Source: an uncultured archaeon
Lineage (GTDB): Archaea > Iainarchaeota > Iainarchaeia > Iainarchaeales > 0-14-0-20-30-16
Reading direction: 5' to 3'
Assembly: GCA_964480435.1 (NCBI GenBank)
Contig: CAYZSS010000002.1
Coordinates: 1 to 32,000, forward strand
Length of the DNA stretch: 32,000 bases
Part shown: positions 29,820 to 32,000 of the stretch, in pieces
Position numbering within the stretch: position 1 is the stretch's first letter
Layout: each line of letters begins with the position of its first letter
Position numbers and translations under genes: made by a program
Notes under the pieces: model-generated
Told to the model about the DNA's origin: nothing
The model's input: the letters and a program-made list of their open reading frames with translations, nothing else
Databases searched by the model: none

Positions 29820-32000
29820 ATGGGCAATGAAAGCAGTGCTATAAAAAAAAAGGATAATCTTTTAACTTATGATAGTAATAACAAAGAAAAAACAAATAGC
29901 ATTAGAAGACACCCACAAAAAGCAGAAATTACAACAAAAAAATTAATAATTGCATTAAGCATAATAGCAATTATTGTTATTTTATTAGTAGCAGGATATT
30001 TCCTATTTTTCCATAAAAATACAGCAAAAACACAACAAGCAGTTATTTTTAATAACGGGATATTTATAAAAAAAATCCTGCCAGGAAACCCAACCACAGA
30101 GTTTTTGACTTTAGATAATGCACAAGACTATTTTTTAATTGCTTTTTCTCCAACTGATTCCAAATTAAAAACAGACAATGCAATATTAACCCTAGAAAAA
30201 AACATCTACTTAATTGCAACCACAAATATTTTTGACATAGAGTTAACCTACAATTCAAAAAGTTGCGGGCTATATTTGCCAATAAAAACAGCAAATTATA
30301 ATGATTTTACAGAAGAAGAAAGAACAGAATTAATCAATAAAATAAAAGAAGAATATTACCCTGAACTAGATTGCGACTTAGTTAATGTATTTGAAAAAAG
30401 CATTATTGAAGAGTTAAATAACGAAATTGTAAAAGGCAATTTAAAAGCACAAAAAAATACAATAATTTATCTAGCTGCTAAATCAGATGCATTTACTACA
30501 TACTTAGATGCAATAACCAATTCTGCAAATAATGAACTTAAAAAAGCAAGGATAACAAAACAGTATTCAGCCATACCTTTAGACATCAGTTTGGAAGTAA
30601 ATAAAAATAGCATAAATCCGATTGATGATGATTTTGTAATAAAAATTACTGCAAATAAACCACTTTTTAAAGAAGACTATATTCTAAATGTTGTAGAAGT
30701 AACAAATAAAGAGACATACCCTTTAGCAACAGAATCCAGCCCATATCAAGAACAGCCTTTTGTTGCAACAAATTATTGGGATGGTAGCATTAACCAAGGA
30801 AAGTTTGGATTAAAATATAAAAAAGCAACATATAATTTAGAAGTAATTAGTAAATCCACAAACCAGGTACTTGCAAAAACAACAATAAACACAGACCCAG
30901 GGGACCTGTATACAATAGAATACAATTACTATGATTTAAAAAAAGCAATACCCCCCGAAAAGTATTCCCAATTAAGTTTATATAACCAAGAATCAGAAAA
31001 GATACCTTTAATCTTTGATAAACTAGAAAGCAACCCACAAATTGCAAGCACAAACCCAGAAATAAAAATAACAACACATAAGACTTATCAAATCCACCCA
31101 AAAAGTATTCCGGCTTATAAATTTACACCTTCTGAAACAGAAGTCATTAAATTATTAGAACAGTTACCATTTTTGGAAAATATGGAGAATTTATTTTTAA
31201 GAGAGCAAGGGGTTTTTGAAAAAAATCTAAACCCTGCACAATTTAAAGCCTTAAATGATTTAGTTGAAAAAAATGTTATTTATTTAGGACAGCCATACAT
31301 TGCAACAGTAACTCCCGATTTTACAGAAAGAGATAATTTAATAGACACATCCACATTAACTACTTCTTTTTTCGACATAAAACAAATTGAAATAAACACA
31401 TTTCTTTTTTCACACCCATGTGCAAACAAAGACGACACTGTTTGCTTAATGCAAGCCGCATATTTGCGCCAATTACCAAAGGATGGTGATATAGGCGGTT
31501 ATGCAAACTTAGAAAAAAATGCAGATATTAACAAAGATTTTATTATTACTGCAAAAGAAGGAACCAACAAAGATTGGTTATTTATTGCCCCACACGGTGG
31601 AGTAATAGAACCAGGAACAGACCTTCTTGCAGCGGATTTAGCTAGCGAGGGTAATTATGGGCTATATACTTTTGTAAGCAATAATCAGGTTTGTTTTGAA
31701 AATGAGTGCAGGTCAATGCATATGACATCAACACAATTCGATGAGCCAAGCATGTTTAAATTAATAGATGATTATAATGAAGGAGTTGCAATATCTTTAC
31801 ACTGTTATGGAAGTAATGCAAAAGATGATCCTTACCCTGGAGAAGAAAATGAACATATAGTAATTGGTGGACAAAACCATAATTTACAAATACTAATGGT
31901 AAAAGAATTAACTCAATTAGGATTTACGGGGTTAGAAATAAGAGCAAAAGATTATGCTGACAATTTAACTGAATTAAATAAACTTAGGGCTGCTGTCCCA
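29820..32000 (+). CDS. Membrane-anchored protein with a C-terminal poly-gamma-glutamate hydrolase (PghP/YjqB, UPF0714)-like zinc hydrolase domain; the 3' end lies outside the window
   Basis: This ORF is not in the ORF track because it has no stop. The frame is open from the ATG at 29820 to nt 32000 (727 codons). An AAGGTG Shine-Dalgarno-like element lies at 29809-29814. A TM helix (KKLIIALSIIAIIVILLVAGYFLFF) maps to about nt 29940-30015. The C-terminus reads WLFIAPHGGVIEPGT (His at 31593-31595), HMTSTQFDEPS, VAISLHCYG, VIGGQN..LQILMVKELTQLGF, matching PghP-family motifs including the H/E/H metal triad. Confidence 0.75.
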   Translation, partial: MGNESSAIKKKDNLLTYDSNNKEKTNSIRRHPQKAEITTKKLIIALSIIAIIVILLVAGYFLFFHKNTAKTQQAVIFNNGIFIKKILPGNPTTEFLTLDNAQDYFLIAFSPTDSKLKTDNAILTLEKNIYLIATTNIFDIELTYNSKSCGLYLPIKTANYNDFTEEERTELINKIKEEYYPELDCDLVNVFEKSIIEELNNEIVKGNLKAQKNTIIYLAAKSDAFTTYLDAITNSANNELKKARITKQYSAIPLDISLEVNKNSINPIDDDFVIKITANKPLFKEDYILNVVEVTNKETYPLATESSPYQEQPFVATNYWDGSINQGKFGLKYKKATYNLEVISKSTNQVLAKTTINTDPGDLYTIEYNYYDLKKAIPPEKYSQLSLYNQESEKIPLIFDKLESNPQIASTNPEIKITTHKTYQIHPKSIPAYKFTPSETEVIKLLEQLPFLENMENLFLREQGVFEKNLNPAQFKALNDLVEKNVIYLGQPYIATVTPDFTERDNLIDTSTLTTSFFDIKQIEINTFLFSHPCANKDDTVCLMQAAYLRQLPKDGDIGGYANLEKNADINKDFIITAKEGTNKDWLFIAPHGGVIEPGTDLLAADLASEGNYGLYTFVSNNQVCFENECRSMHMTSTQFDEPSMFKLIDDYNEGVAISLHCYGSNAKDDPYPGEENEHIVIGGQNHNLQILMVKELTQLGFTGLEIRAKDYADNLTELNKLRAAVP

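Noticed and set aside
29867-31101. Minus-strand ORFs 29867-30097, 30064-30294 and 30847-31101.
   Set aside because: They are antisense to a 727-codon open plus-strand frame with recognisable TM and PghP-like motifs, and they are Leu/Phe-rich shadow ORFs.

Overview
This is an AT-rich (about 30% GC by eye), very compact archaeal window. The archaeal call rests on a group II chaperonin (thermosome), a bulge-helix-bulge tRNA intron, and TATA-like boxes centred about 25 nt upstream of many ATGs, which suggests leaderless mRNAs. The style fits a small-genome, DPANN-like archaeon, but that is inference.

Layout:
- 1-3835: 3' end of a polyprenyl synthase-like gene, a secreted Cys-rich HExxH metalloprotease lipoprotein, an Mre11-family nuclease with no Rad50 partner, and a divergent RpiA-like gene.
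- 3920-19894: one same-strand block holding two tandem giant paralogous membrane-anchored surface proteins (about 2,436 and 2,227 aa, 44% of the window). Four or five tiny polytopic membrane proteins follow immediately. This is my top candidate for an undescribed system.
- 19984-21074: a GNAT gene, tRNA-Ser(GGA) with a duplicated 3' fragment, and tRNA-Gly(UCC).
- 21156-22904: an intact GGDEF-domain protein plus a tightly linked unknown basic protein, which is unusual for an archaeon.
- 22901-29768: a CDA-fold deaminase, a PUA protein, tRNA-Trp(CCA) interrupted by a roughly 385-nt canonical BHB intron, a CYTH protein, the thermosome, a RimJ-like GNAT, a small membrane protein and a U32 peptidase.
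- 29820-32000: a membrane-anchored protein ending in a poly-gamma-glutamate-hydrolase (PghP/YjqB)-like domain, open to the window edge and missing from the ORF track.

I saw no CRISPR array, transposase, integrase or rRNA. All calls come from reading the translations and the DNA by eye. No searches or folding programs were run.
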